From positions 6,902,999 to 6,966,959 of the forward strand of contig NC_057740.1 of assembly GCF_004010195.1 (NCBI RefSeq): a DNA stretch of 63,961 nucleotides, in the 5' to 3' direction. Below are positions 24,744-37,208 of this stretch, in pieces. The translations under genes were made by a program, and so were the position numbers. This DNA comes from Chiloscyllium plagiosum. Taxonomy: Eukaryota. The notes under the pieces were generated by a model. It searched no databases. It had not been told where the DNA came from and was given only the letters and a program-made list of their open reading frames with translations. Position 1 is the stretch's first letter. Each line of letters opens with the position of its first letter.

Positions 24744-27700
24744 CTGCAAGAGAAAAGACAATGTTTGCATACAAAGTTAGCAAAGAATATAGCATCATTT
24801 CAGTTTAATAAGAACAAGTTTGAGATGTTGCAGCTTCCAGAATTGGGCCTCAGAAGGTAATCATGGGAGTTAGCATCCCTCTGTTAAGACTGTTGAGGTT
24901 TGTGACAAAAGAAAGTCCTTAATTAGGATGTCAAACCAATTGTCCTGTGGATTAGAGCATCATTCACTGTGGGGAATTCACTTCCAACTCAATGGCTGTA
25001 CACAGGTCTGTGCTATGTTGGTTCATCCCAGGTAATGTATCAGGGACACTGCAGTTGGTCTCAGTGATCCCTGCCTCTGATCTTTGTTTTCAAATTCAAA
25101 ATCTGTTTTCTGTAGAACATCACTGGACCTGAAAATTAACTCTGCTTTCTCTACAGATGCTGCCAAATCTGCTGAGTTTTCCAGCAATTCCTGTTCTTCC
25201 CGAAAACCTATTGTGATGAGCTGTGACACTGAGTTTCATGGATTTGAGGGGAAGAAACAGTCAGCGTAAAGGAGAACCACACCTGGGAATTACAGCTCTG
25301 ACCTATCTTACCATATTCCTGTTAACCCACTCCCCATTCCTACATCACTGTGCCTCTTCAATGCCAACCTCTGGCATTTGGGAATAAAATTATCTCAAAC
25401 TCTCCACAGCTTTGACTGAAAGCTCCAGGTCGTGTGGTCCTGAGTTCTACAGACTAATGAGCAACAGGACATGGAATGGTCTGTGAGGATGCTCCAATTA
25501 GCCCATTCAAGGTGAGAAGAACAAAATAATTTCTTGCTTGATCTTCAATTATCCTTTCCCCAGCCTCAACACCACCTTTATTTCCCTCAGAGTCCTCCGA
25601 ATGAGGAAAGGCTGCTGGCAGTGTACACAATGCAGCAACGTTAACTCCTGGCACAGGTTCAATGTCAACATGATGTCCAGCAGCAGCTCAGTGAGCGAGT
25701 GGTAAAGGCTAGGGTATCAGTACTGAAACTCAACACAAACCCAGCAAGCCTTTTTACTGCACACTCACTCCTGCCACAGTCCGGCTAGAGTGATGGCTAC
25801 ACCATCTCAGTGAATTCACCTCAGAACCTGAGCTCCAGCCTCAGAACTTGCAAAACCTAAATCAAAGCAACAAGTCTCCAAGGAGCAATGAGAGCAAACG
25901 ATGGTAATGAAGGAAAGGGAGCGGAGGGAGAGTTCCAGCATGTATTGGGAGAATGTGAGGAGGTGAAAACCAACGGCTTGACAAATCACCTATGAAGAAA
26001 AAATTGTTTGTGAAATGGCTTAAATTCTATCAATTTGGCCTTTAATGTAATACTTCCTTTGGTGCTGAAGTAACATTTTGTTTGATAATTCTTTACGAAC
26101 ATCCTGGAACAGTTTTCTACTATATTAAAAAGGAGCCATATTAAAGCAAGAGATTGTGTTGAGAGAGGTGGGACTTCCTTGCTCAAGAAGGGAAGACACA
26201 ACATAAGCATCGTTATGGTCATCGTCAGATTCCTAAGAGATCGAGGAGAGAAGAATGAACTAGAGCTCCTAGGTGTGAGTGAGAGGAGACAGTGCTCTTA
26301 AGAAAGCTAGGAGTTTCAGTCGGCTTACAGCAAACATTGGTTTGCTCATCTGCACCAGAAATGGAAAGGAGAAAAGCCGAGGATGGATTGGAGGTGTAAC
26401 GCCTGACGGCAGGGGGGGAAAGAAAGTGTTGAAACCGGAAGTTGTAGTGATTGAAACCAAATCAGCCAGGTGAACCTCAGAGCATGAGTTCCCTTATTGA
26501 GGCTGTTAATCCGGTCTAATCAGAGAGAGTCCTGACGGACCGATACAGACAGGAGTGTTAGAGGTTCTGTTCACTCTGAGCTGGCTCGGAGGAAGCCGGA
26601 TCAGCCTCTCGCACTATGCAGCTGTAAATAAAGGCTGAGGTGATATAGGCCTCTGTGAAGTTATTTCAATGGCGACAAGACTGGGACTAATGATGTAACT
26701 GTGCAAAGGTGCCTGCTAGCTGAAGCCCAACTGGACTTCGAACAGGCACAACAACTGGCTGTGTCATTAGAAAATGCGACAAGTGGAGCGTAAGATTTAC
26801 AGGGTATGCCGATGGAAATGGAGCCCCTCCCCAGGCAGACTGAGCTTGTAGTATCGCCTCATTCAGGACATATCCTGAACCGGAGGACTCTAGGTCAAAC
26901 CACAGCAAAACCCTAAAACAAAGCCAAGCCTCAGCCAAGCAAGTGAACATTTTCCAGGGTCCTGGCCGGCAAGCCATTGTAGTTGCTGCCGGTGTGCAGG
27001 ACCGAGACAGCAACAGAGTCCCATTAGGCCTGAACTGAGTAAAGGAACTTGTAGGCTGGTGTTCAGGACAGTGTACATCCTAGAACACCCACTTGCATTG
27101 GTCTTGAAACAGTTAAATTGCGGAGCAACATCCAAATCACAATCAAAATAAATGTCTGGTTGAATGGTCACCTGGTTCTAATGGAGGTTGATACCAGCGT
27201 GGCTGTATCAGTGATTGCAGAACCAGTCTATAACAAACTTCACTCTGGACCCCAACCCTGAACTTTGCATAAGGCCTCGGCTAGACTGAGAACCTATACC
27301 GGGGAACCTTTACAGGTTAAGGGTACAACTTCGGTTCTGGTCTCATTTGATGTTGGAAATTGGTTGAAATAGATTCACCTTCATAGCCAACCATTTTCTA
27401 ATGGATAAATGTTGAGCCCAAGTAAAGTCCTAATTAAATCCTCGGGCACTTTTCAGGAAGGAATCGGGACTATCAAAGGAGCAAAGACCACCTTGCATGT
27501 TGACTGAGAAGTGATTCCATGATTCTGCAAGGCCTGTCCTTCCAGGCAAAAGTAGAGGCAGACATCAGGAGGCTGGAAGGCGAAGGAATAATCAAACCCA
27601 TACCGTTTATGGACTGGTCTGCACCAGTCACAAGGCCGAAAGCAGAGGAATGCCCAATCGTGTGTGCTTCCTGGACTGTGGCTAATGCAGAACACAAATA

Positions 27701-29336
27701 CACCCAGTCAAAGAAGGAAAGTGAGCAGTTATCTTTCCTGTGGGGAAGTTGCACCAATACCTTCGCTCATGTAACATTGTCATAGAAACTGACCCAGAAC
27801 CCTTGGTGGGGCTACTCAAAGAGGAGAAGGCAGTGCCACCCATAACTTCAGGTTGAATTCAGCATTGGGCTCTCAGGCGAAGTGCACCCAATTACAAGTT
27901 GGAACACCGTCCGGGAAGCCAAATAGAAAATGCGGATGCATTGAGCTGCCTCCCACCAGCAGATACACCAATGGTAGTGAGGCCACTGGAAGAGTCCGTT
28001 CTGGGTTTAAACTTTCCGGAGTCCCTTCCGGCCACCGCTACAAATTTCGGAATGTGGACACAAAAAGATCCCGTCCTGGCAAAACTATAACAGCTAGCGG
28101 CGATGGGGTAAAGATCAAAAGGGCCATCACAACCTGAACTGAATACTTTCCCGGACTCGGTGAGACCAGATCACCGAAGAGGATGGCATTTTATTATGGG
28201 GAGTGTGAGTGAGTATCCCACGCAAAGGACTCTATCAGTTCCTGGCTGAACTCCACCAGGATCATCCAGGGGAGTCCAAAGATGAAGATGTTGATGAGAG
28301 GTCATGTCTGGTGGCCAGGATTGGATGCAGGCATAGCCACGTTGGTGGGTCAGTGTGCAGGGTGCCAACAGGGATAAAAATTACCATCAGCAGCTGCAAA
28401 CATCTTTTGTAATACACAGACTCCCAGAAGTCTTGGTCACAGACAAGTCTTGGACACCAGATCAGCTGCTTACCATCCATTGTCCACTGGGCTGGTGGAA
28501 AGCCAGACCAAACTTTGAAGGCTAACTTTAAAAAAACAGCTTCCACTTTCACTCATTACCAAACTGCCCCAGCTCCTATTTGATTATCTGACCACCCTTC
28601 TGGCAGCTACGGAAATAGCTCCAACAGAGTTGCAATTGGGGAGAAGACTCCACACCAGGTTAAAGCTTATCCTCCCGGACCTGGGGAAAGGGGAGCAGGA
28701 AAGTGAAACAGTATCAGGAACATCAACACTGGACACAAGACTATGCCAGGCGAGAGAGAGACAGTTCACTTCAGAAGTCAAGGTTTGGTGCCAATATCAT
28801 GGAAGTGGACCTGCATGAGAAAGAGGCATGGCTGATGAGAGGTCAGGTCCTGTCATGTACAAAGTTCAAGTCAGTGAGCTGGTTCTGAACAAGCATGTGG
28901 ACCAGATGAAAGCTGCAAACTCACAAACATGACAGGGTCAAATACCTGGTCCCTTAGATCAGTCGGAAAGGCTACTGGAACCCGTAGCTTCACCCCCACC
29001 CCATCAGTCAGAGTCAGAGACAGACACGGTGGATGTTGCAGCCTCAGCACCTTTACCACCTGAAGAAAAGGAGCAATTTCTTCCAACACGCTCTGGGTGC
29101 GAGAGTCGGTCTGTGTATCCAAGGCTGCGTCGGAGTAACTGGACCCGGTGGGTAAACCCCACTACAGACGGTATGAGAAAACGAACAGGCCTCTGTCCCT
29201 GGACAGAGAGGGGGATGGATGTAATGATTGTGTTGGGGTCAGCTAGATGGCCCTCATAGAATACGAGTTTCCTTATCGATGCTGTTAATCTGGTCCAATT
29301 GGGGGACACTGGCTGATGGGTATAAATAGGAGTGCC

Positions 29337-29667
29337 TACAAATGTCATTATTACTGTCTTGTCATGTTTGAAACTGGGATTTGAAGTTCTTCATTTCCCT
29401 GTAAACTGGTTGAACAGTCGGGTTTGGGATCTGGCTTTGCTGCTCCTCTCCCTTGTAAAAGTGCTGTTTCTTTGTATACAGGTGTTAATGTTAATTATTT
29501 TGTTAACTGTGAATTGTTTAATAAAATGTAAAAAAAACAGGAGCGTTAAGACATCCTGGTCACTCAGAGCTGGCTCTGAGGGATCTGGATCAGTGTCAAG
29601 GACTCTCCATGTGTAAATGGACTGTGACGATGATGGGAAAAAGATAACATAAAATAAATAAAATTTT
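29337..29667 (+). mobile_element. Poly(A)-tailed insertion with transduced LTR segment, cluster 2
   Basis: Perfect 14-bp TSD taaataggagtgcc (29323-29336 and 29668-29681). Confidence 0.7.
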
Positions 29668-29681
29668 TAAATAGGAGTGCC

Positions 29682-29950
29682 AGACCCACCCTCCCACTTC
29701 ATATTGAATTCCCTAGATAAGCATTTTCCCCTATTGGGCTTTGCTTGTCATTGGTTCCCTGGCCACTTGGGTGCCTTTTCCTGGTGGTGGAGAGATTGAA
29801 TACAATTATTTGCACAAAGGGGTCTTCACTGAGTCCCTGCCCTTACACAACATGGATGCTGTGGAGAAAAAATAAGCGCGACTACGGTGTTGCTGTATTG
29901 TGTGTGTGTGTGTGTATACCAAAAATAAATACATAAATAAGCAAACAACC
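29682..29950 (+). mobile_element. Older 5'-truncated non-LTR 3' end inserted at the same LTR site
   Basis: A-rich tail then the target caggagtgtca; start shared with cluster 1 (13519-13612) and cluster 3. Confidence 0.6.
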
Positions 29951-30839
29951 AACCAGGAGTGTCACAGGTTCTATTCACTATTAGCTGGCTGTGAGGAGAC
30001 TGGATCAGTGTCATGTACTATGCACGTGTATATACAGGACAACTTTATGACGGGATACTGGCCTCTGTCGAGCTATTTCAGAAATCAAGATAACAAGAGG
30101 TTCCAGTTCAGTGCAAAAATAAAAAAGCACAGACAAAGTTATCAATAGGCTTTAAAATTGAGAGAGGACTAGAGCAAAGAAATACTGACTCAGGAACTAA
30201 ACTAGTATTTTCCTGAGTACTGCATTAGCAATGCTTGGTTTCTGAGAATGATTGCTTCTGATATTTCTGTCAACATTAATAATGGGTTATGTGTAGGCAC
30301 ATTGCTACTCAACTAAAAAGCAATGACAAAGCTTCAATTAATTAATTCACCATGAAATGCTTTGGGGCATTAAAAACAAAATTAAAATTAGAAAACATAT
30401 CAATGAAGTTTCTTTCTTTCGATTTAACTCAGTGCAGCTAATATTGAATATTTTAAACAAAACCAACAGAACTAAATTTAACTGTTCCCAACATTGCACT
30501 TTATAAGCCTTGAAAAAAATTAGACCACATACTCAAATATGAGTCACCACCAAATATATTAACAAATGTACAGCATGCTAAAAAGAGTTTGTAAAATCAA
30601 AGCACTTATGAACAAAAACATGATATACAAAACTATGAACTAACAGCCAATGTCAGAAACAGCACAAACTCAGACAGGCAGCACCAAGAGTGATTGCTCT
30701 GCTTCTGCTGCTAGACTCTGGAGAAACAACCAACATTTTCACTCAGGTTAAGAAATAGGCATGAGGAAATAATCAAGTTTCAATCAAGTGCCGAAATTCA
30801 CACAGTTAGTATCCACAGAGGGAATTCTCAGCCACTTAC

Positions 30840-30876
30840 CTGCAACAAAGAGCTTGGTCCCTTGCCCAAACACACA
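30840..30876 (-). CDS. Ig light chain J segment, cluster 2 (CVFGQGTKLFVA)
   Basis: FGxG motif, adjacent heptamer, phase-1 GTAAGT donor. Confidence 0.93.
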
Positions 30877-30915
30877 CACAGTGTGATGTTCTAGGGTTCA
30901 GCCCACACAGTTATC
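30877..30915 (+). other. 23-bp-spacer RSS of J2 (non-consensus nonamer)
   Basis: CACAGTG-23 nt-ACAGTTATC abutting the J coding end. Confidence 0.8.
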
Positions 30916-31220
30916 CAGGATCCTGGAAATGGAGAGAAAACACCTTCAGATACTCCAGTGCCAGCATTGATCATGTATTCCCAGTGCCCCAGTTGGTGTG
31001 GGACAGTAAGGAATAACCTCACAACAACATCCACACACTGACATTAAAATGTCATCAACACTCAGTAGTGGGCAATGATTCAGAAAGTTACCAATTATGA
31101 AATAACGGCAATTGGAAAATATTATACCCAAGAACATCATTAAAGTAATTTATGAAGTCTTAAATATTAGAGTATTTGATCCAGTACAATGATATTAGGA
31201 GGCCATTATTTCCTGATATC

Positions 31221-31248
31221 AGTTTTTGTGTTACCTTCTGTCACTGTG
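31221..31248 (-). other. 12-bp-spacer RSS of V2
   Basis: CACAGTG-acagaaggtaac(12)-ACAAAAACT. Confidence 0.95.
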
Positions 31249-31575
31249 AGACATAAGCACTGGCCGAGCTAAACCACTTTTCACAGTAATACACGGCGGC
31301 ATCATTCACCTCCACGTTTTTGATGATTAACTGGTAAATGTTGTGGCCGCTGTTGGCTGTCGATGTGAAACGGTCGCTGCTAAACCCAGACCCATAGGTC
31401 GGCGCACTGCTCGAGTGATGGTAATAGAGGATCCACTGAGGAGCTGATCCTGGTGTCTGCTTGTACCAGTACACATAATAGCTATCAGCCGTTCCAATGT
31501 TACAGTCCAGTGTGGCCTTGTTTCCCGGTTTCACAGTCAGGTGTGGAGGCTGAGTCAGAGTCTGACACTGTCCAT
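31249..31575 (-). CDS. Ig light chain V segment, cluster 2 (sigma-type), intact
   Basis: tttacag acceptor; V-set motifs LDC, WYKQTPG, DAAVYYC. The long CDR2 YYHHSSSAPTYGSGFSSDRF resembles sigma (Xenopus sigma / teleost L2-like). Ends at the RSS heptamer. Confidence 0.93.
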
Positions 31576-31673
31576 CTGTAAAAGAGCAAGGATTAAACAT
31601 CAGAAATGGACCCTTGTAAAGGGGACTGTAAAACCCCGACCTGCTGCTGTGGGAGGAGCAGTGTTTTACTTAC

Positions 31674-31722
31674 AGCCCAGCCACACTGCCAGGGAACAGA
31701 GAAAGCACAAGATCCACATCAT
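31674..31722 (-). CDS. Ig light chain cluster 2 leader exon (MMWILCFLCSLAVWLG)
   Basis: ATG, hydrophobic signal peptide and phase-1 GTAAGT donor. Splices in frame to the V exon giving ...WLGYGQC/QTLTQP. Confidence 0.9.
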
Positions 31723-31797
31723 TTCTGCCAGTGAGCTGCCTGCCTTCAGCGACTGTATCTGGGACAGACTGTGGCAGCAGGTTCCCATTGAAGCCAG

Positions 31798-31837
31798 TTA
31801 TAGAGCCCTTCACAACAGGAAGGAAATCCGTGCAAAT
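31798..31837 (-). promoter_or_regulatory. V2 promoter: octamer variant ATTTGCAC plus TATAA
   Basis: Octamer-like element ~110 nt upstream of the ATG, TATAA ~30 nt downstream of it; identical in all three clusters. Confidence 0.7.
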
Positions 31838-32259
31838 GAGAGCGATTCACACTGACCAACCAGAGCAAGGACCTGAAATCCACCCATTCAGGCTCAGAGA
31901 TTCAGGTTGATGCAGTGATACCTCAGTCCGACTGGAAACACTGTCACATTTTACACTGAAGCTCGTTTATTGTCTGATATTTCCCTTTATGTTTACTGCA
32001 TCTTCCGACCAGCCCTGGAGTTAAAATTGTTCTTCACACCTACTATCAAAAAATGACTTTCTAGTGTAATTTATTTGTTGCTCTTGTTAATAGATGAGAT
32101 TCCCAACAGTGTGGAAACAGGCCATTTGACCCAACAAGTCCACACCAACCCTCCAAAGTGTAACCCACACAGATCCATTTCCCTCTGACTACTCCACCTA
32201 ACACTACAGGTGATTTAGCATGGCCAATTCACCAACCCTACACATCTTTATGGGCAGCA

Positions 32260-33670
32260 CCATAACACCATAAGACATAGGAGTGGAAGTAAGGCCATTC
32301 GGCCCATCGTGTCCTCTCCACCATTCAATCATGGGTGATGGGCATTTCAACTCCACTTACCCGCATTCTCCCTGTAGTCCTTAATTCCTTGTGACATCAA
32401 GAATTTATCAATCTCTGCCTTGAAGACATTTAGCATCCCGGCCTCCACTGTACTCTGCGGCAATGAATTCCACAGGCCCACCACTCTCTGGCTGAAGAAG
32501 TGTCTCTGTATTTCTGTTCTGAATTTTCCCCCAGTGCTCTTGGCCACTTTATAGGATCTCTCTTTTTCTTTAATACATTTCCTGACTTCCTTTGTCAGTC
32601 ACGGCTGTCTAATCCCTCCCCGGATAATCTTTCTTTTCTTGGGGATGAACCTCTGTACAGTGTCCTCAATTATACCCACAAACCCCTGCCATTTTTGCTC
32701 TACTGTCTTCCCTGCTAGGCTCTGCTTCCAGTCTATTCTCATGCCCGCATTATTACCTTTGTTTAACTGTAACACCATTACATCCGATTTTGCCTTCTCT
32801 CTTTCAAACTGCAGACTGGACTCTACCATATTATGATCACTGCTTCCTAAGTGTTCCCTTACTTTAAGATTTTTTATACAGTCTGGTTCATTACATAGCA
32901 CTAGGTCCAGAATAGCCTGCTCCCTTGTGGGCTCCATGACAAGCTGTTCCAAAAAGCAATCCTGTAAGCATTCCATGAATTCCCTTTCTTTGGATCCACT
33001 GGCAACATTATTTACCCAGTCCACCTGCATATTGAAGTCTCCCATGATCACCGTGACCTTGCCTTTCTGACATGCCTTCTCTATTTCCCGGTACATGTCG
33101 CGCCCCTGGTCCTGACCACTGTTAGGAGGTCTGTACATATCTCCCACTATGGTTTTTTTGCCTTTGTGGTTCCTCAATTCCACCCACACAGACTCCACAT
33201 CATCCGACGCTATGTCATTCAGTGCCATAGATTTAATTTTGTTCTTAATTAACAAGGCAACCCTGCCCCCTCTGCGCGCCTCCCTGTCTTTTCGATAAGT
33301 TGAAAATCCTTGGATATTTAACTGCCAGTCCTGACCCCCCTGCAACCATGTCTCTGTGATGCCTACCACATCATAATCATTCACAATGATCTGTGCCATT
33401 AGTTCATCTGCTTTGTTACGAATGCTACGAGCATTCAGGTAAAGTGCCTTAATGCTAACTTTCTTATCACTAGAGATACTGGAAGTCATAAGATGTCCTA
33501 AGTTATCCTTCCTTTTTGCTGCATTCCCAGTCTGCCTCAAGTTTAAATCCGCCTGCACACATGCTATCCTGCTGCTTATCTTTCCATTTAACTCCATACT
33601 CCCTGTCGCTTTGACTTTCCCTTCCCCCCAACTCAGAAGTTTAAAGTCCTACTGACCACCCTATTTATCC
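32260..33670 (-). mobile_element. Internally deleted CR1/HER1-like LINE with APE endonuclease ORF (32599-33597)
   Basis: YLNARSIRNK, GITETWL, MGDFN, ILDLVL and SDHN motifs; RT C-terminus and repeat tail at 32260-32535. Confidence 0.85.
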
Positions 33671-34508
33671 TGTGTCTGTGTGGACATTCTCCCCATGTCT
33701 GTGTGGGTTGGCTCCGGTTTCCTCCCACAATCCAAAAATGTGCAGGCCATGCTAAATTGCCCGTAGTGTTAGGTGAAGTGGTCTGGGTGGGCTGCACTTC
33801 GGCGGGTCGGTGTGGACTTGTTGGGCCGAAAGGCCTGTTTCCACACTGTAAGTAATCTAATCTAATCTAATCTTTGGACTGTGCGATGAAACTGGAACTA
33901 ACCCACACAGACACATGGAGAATGTGCAATTTCCACACACAGTCACTTGAGATTAGAATTGAACCCAAGTCCCTAACACTCTGAGGCAGCAATGCTAACC
34001 AACATGCCACCCTGAAGAGCTTTTAAAAATCTGCATGTGGTCAATCTTTTCTATCACATAATGTGTATGTTCTAATGCCTTCCTGCAACGTGATACAGGG
34101 AACTTCTAAGCATAGGCCACTTGCTGAATGTCTGGTATTCATGGTCCTTATTTAGTTTGTAGCCAAACTTGAGGCAGGATTGGAGGTAGAAAGTGAACAT
34201 TTAGTTTCCAACATCATTCCCAGCTCCAGCTATTTCAGACATTGTGGGTCTGGGTCCAGCAGGGCAGGGCAGGTGCCCATTTAGACTCTGTTAGGGTCTT
34301 GTTAACACTCAACTAATGGACATCGACGAGTCACTTCCAGTATGTCTGCAACTTCCAGTTTGTGTTGGGGCCTGTTTGTATGAGGAAAGGCCCTTCCTGC
34401 CTACCTGGATATTAGAGCAACTAAATGCTGCCCTGTGAAGGGGCTACACTCCATCCACCTATAATTCACAAGTTACTGCCTCCAGGTCAAGTCAGAGGAT
34501 CTCTCTGT

Positions 34509-34822
34509 GGGCGGCATGGTGGCACAGTGGTTAGCACTGCTGCCTCACAGCGCTAGAGACCCGGGTTCATTTCCCGCTTCAGGCGACTGACTGTGTGGGG
34601 TTTGCACGTTCCCCCCGTGTCTGCGTGGGTTTCCTCTGGGTGCTCTGGTTTCCTCCCACAGTCCAAAGATGTGCAGGTTAGGTGAATTGGCTATGCGAAA
34701 TTGCCCATAGTGTTAGGTAAGGGGTAAATGTAGGGGAATGGGTGGGTTGCGCTTCGGCGGGGCAGTGTGGACTTGTTGGGCCGAAGGGCCTGTTTCCACA
34801 CTGTAAGTAATCTAATCTAATC
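34509..34822 (+). mobile_element. HE1-like SINE
   Basis: Full length with (tctaa)n tail; absent from the cluster 1 paralogous site (~15790). Confidence 0.88.
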
Positions 34823-37208
34823 AAATCCCAATGTATGTGTGTTCCCAGCCTCCAACAGTGGGATTGGAACATAATGACCTTCCCAACTCCTGTATCCCTC
34901 CCCAGGGGGAATATCCAGCCTAAGGTGTTGGTGATTCCCCTCAGTTAATGTTTGGATAATTTTGCTCTGTCACAGTTTATGTGAACATGAAAGAGCTGAG
35001 CATGTGACTAGTTAATGATTGCACCCACTTGCCACCTAACTATCATAATCTAACCTGCTATTGACCACCAGGTGACCAGTTACACAATTAACAATATTGC
35101 ACAGAATGGTGAATATGATTGAGACAATAAGTATATCTGTTATTTCCATGGAACCCGAACATTGAGAATGAATTGAACCTCATGGGAATGTTGAAGGAGT
35201 TTGAATGAAGCTACTCAGCAGTCAGTTTCAGCCAATCAGCTTTCAGTATTTGAGGGTGGTTTGTGCCGTCCAATCCAGCTGCTCCTAGTGAGTGAAATGA
35301 ACAAACACCTGGCCCCCAGCAGGAACTGAGGCCTGTTATTTTAAGCAGAGGGACTGTCCAGAACACAGTCAACCTCAATATAACATCATTTTACTGCAAC
35401 TGTACCCAAATCTCTCAGATTCTGTTCCACCCATTTAAGTAACAGAAACATCACTGTTTAAGGAGGTGAACCAGTTTTGTTAGGAATCTATGGCATGGTC
35501 AGCTTTGCATCAGCTTATTTAAAAACTCCATGTGAAAGGAAGGAAAGAATATAGATGAATCTTACACTTTGATTTGTCACATTGTCAGTTTTGCCGAGTT
35601 TTCATTGTGTCTGTTCATGAGTCCGAGCTGCTTTCTTGTGCTATGATTCAAACCTGCCTCATTAATGACTGACCACTCCTCTATGGTGCCCCTCCTGTCC
35701 AATACTAGCTGGCCAGTCAAATAGAAATTCAACAGCACTGTCACCTTGCAGGGGACTGTGATAGGATGCCTTCAGGTTGGAGATGCCAATCCAGAGGCTG
35801 TCACAGTTCTGTCCTGGTGACCTGGGAAATTGTAACCTGCACCAGTACTTGAGCCTCACTCATCAGGATGAAAGCCCCTGGCTCTCCTGTATCTTGGACA
35901 GCACCTGAGAGACCCTACAGCTGTGACCTCTTCAGGTGCTGCATGGAGGAGTCTTACAAAATACTTCCAGATCGGGTGGGAAATGGGAACTGTGCCACTC
36001 TGTCAGCAATTGTGGTATTTGTGACCCACAGTTGCCTCTTTTACAGTCAGCTGTGATCATTTCTGCAACATTGACATCTCTGTCTGCAGTTTGCAGGGAT
36101 CAGTAACATGGTGGTCATTGCATGCGGCCAGTATTTGCACCAAACACACATGTATTTCACATGGGATGGTGTGAGGTAAATGATGTGAACCTGTACTCCA
36201 CACGCCAACAGAAATGGAGTCCTCTTTTTACCCATTGAACTGCCTCAGACTTCACCCACCCGGATGTGATCCCAGCCATTTATCATTCACATGGATTGAC
36301 AGATGTGGAAGGGAAAGCAGGTCAGACTGGGCACCATCTTATCAGGCTCCACCTGGAACACAGGTCCAACCAACTCATGAACTCACTTGTCACTTTACCT
36401 GCTCTCCCTGGACAGCCTGTTGTTACTAAATCCCCACACTTTGACAGCCTCCACATTTGATTGAGACTTTAATGTTCCACCATGCCCCCCAAGCTAAGTC
36501 ACCACAGTTTAGTGATGTCTACTACCAAGCTGCACGGTTCCCCTCTGGAGGCCACAGTGGTGATGACTGTCTATACCTCCCCTGCCTGCAGTATCCCATG
36601 GCCTCACGTGCACAATTGGCTCTGCCATTACTCTTTTCAAGACTACCCCCATCCCCTTCACCATCTTGGTACTCTCCACAAGCCAGGCTGCTGCTGACCC
36701 TCCCCCCCATTGAGTCCCTCCACCTCTCAGTCACAGCAGTACTCCTGGTTCCACTCCAACCCTCTTGACATGCATTTTATTGACCCCAGGACTGACCCCA
36801 GCCCTTTGTCCCTGCGAACTTAGTGTGTTTGCTGCAGCATTGCCCTGGCAGCTGCCTCTACACTCTGAAGTACAGAACTGTTAGTGGATCAGAGATGTGC
36901 CATGATGATGAGGAGAGGCTGGCAGGTGTTGATGCCACATCTATGGATGTGGGGGGCATGTGGCCAGTACCCATGGAGCGTGTCCTGAGGTGTTGGTGCT
37001 GGGTGTCCAACATGGAGGTCTGGGGGAGCAAACACCAATAAGCAAACTGGAGTGGCCAGTGTTTCAGAATGCCCTGAATATGAGATAATGCATTTGTTAT
37101 ATTTTCAGGTTTTCTTTTCTACCTTTGTTCTGGAAATGATCCCAGAACAGACACTGACATTCCACTTTGAACTCTGTCTGACAAAATATTCTTAACCCCT
37201 TCTCAGTG

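Larger units (their letters stand above)
26443..30080 (+). mobile_element. Orthologous Gypsy element in the J2-C2 intron (RT largely deleted)
   Basis: 5' LTR 26443-26668 (TG...TTCA), PBS tggcgac, PPT, 3' LTR 29220-30080; flanks gaagt/gaaat resemble a 5-bp TSD. Confidence 0.88.

Noticed and set aside
24744-24798. Hydrophobic MMLYSLLTLYANIVFSLA as a signal peptide for a stand-alone C protein
   Set aside because: It is the polypyrimidine/acceptor region of the intron, begins at a non-ATG-supported context, and has no promoter evidence
32599-33597. 332-aa ORF as a host gene
   Set aside because: LINE APE endonuclease within an internally deleted CR1 copy
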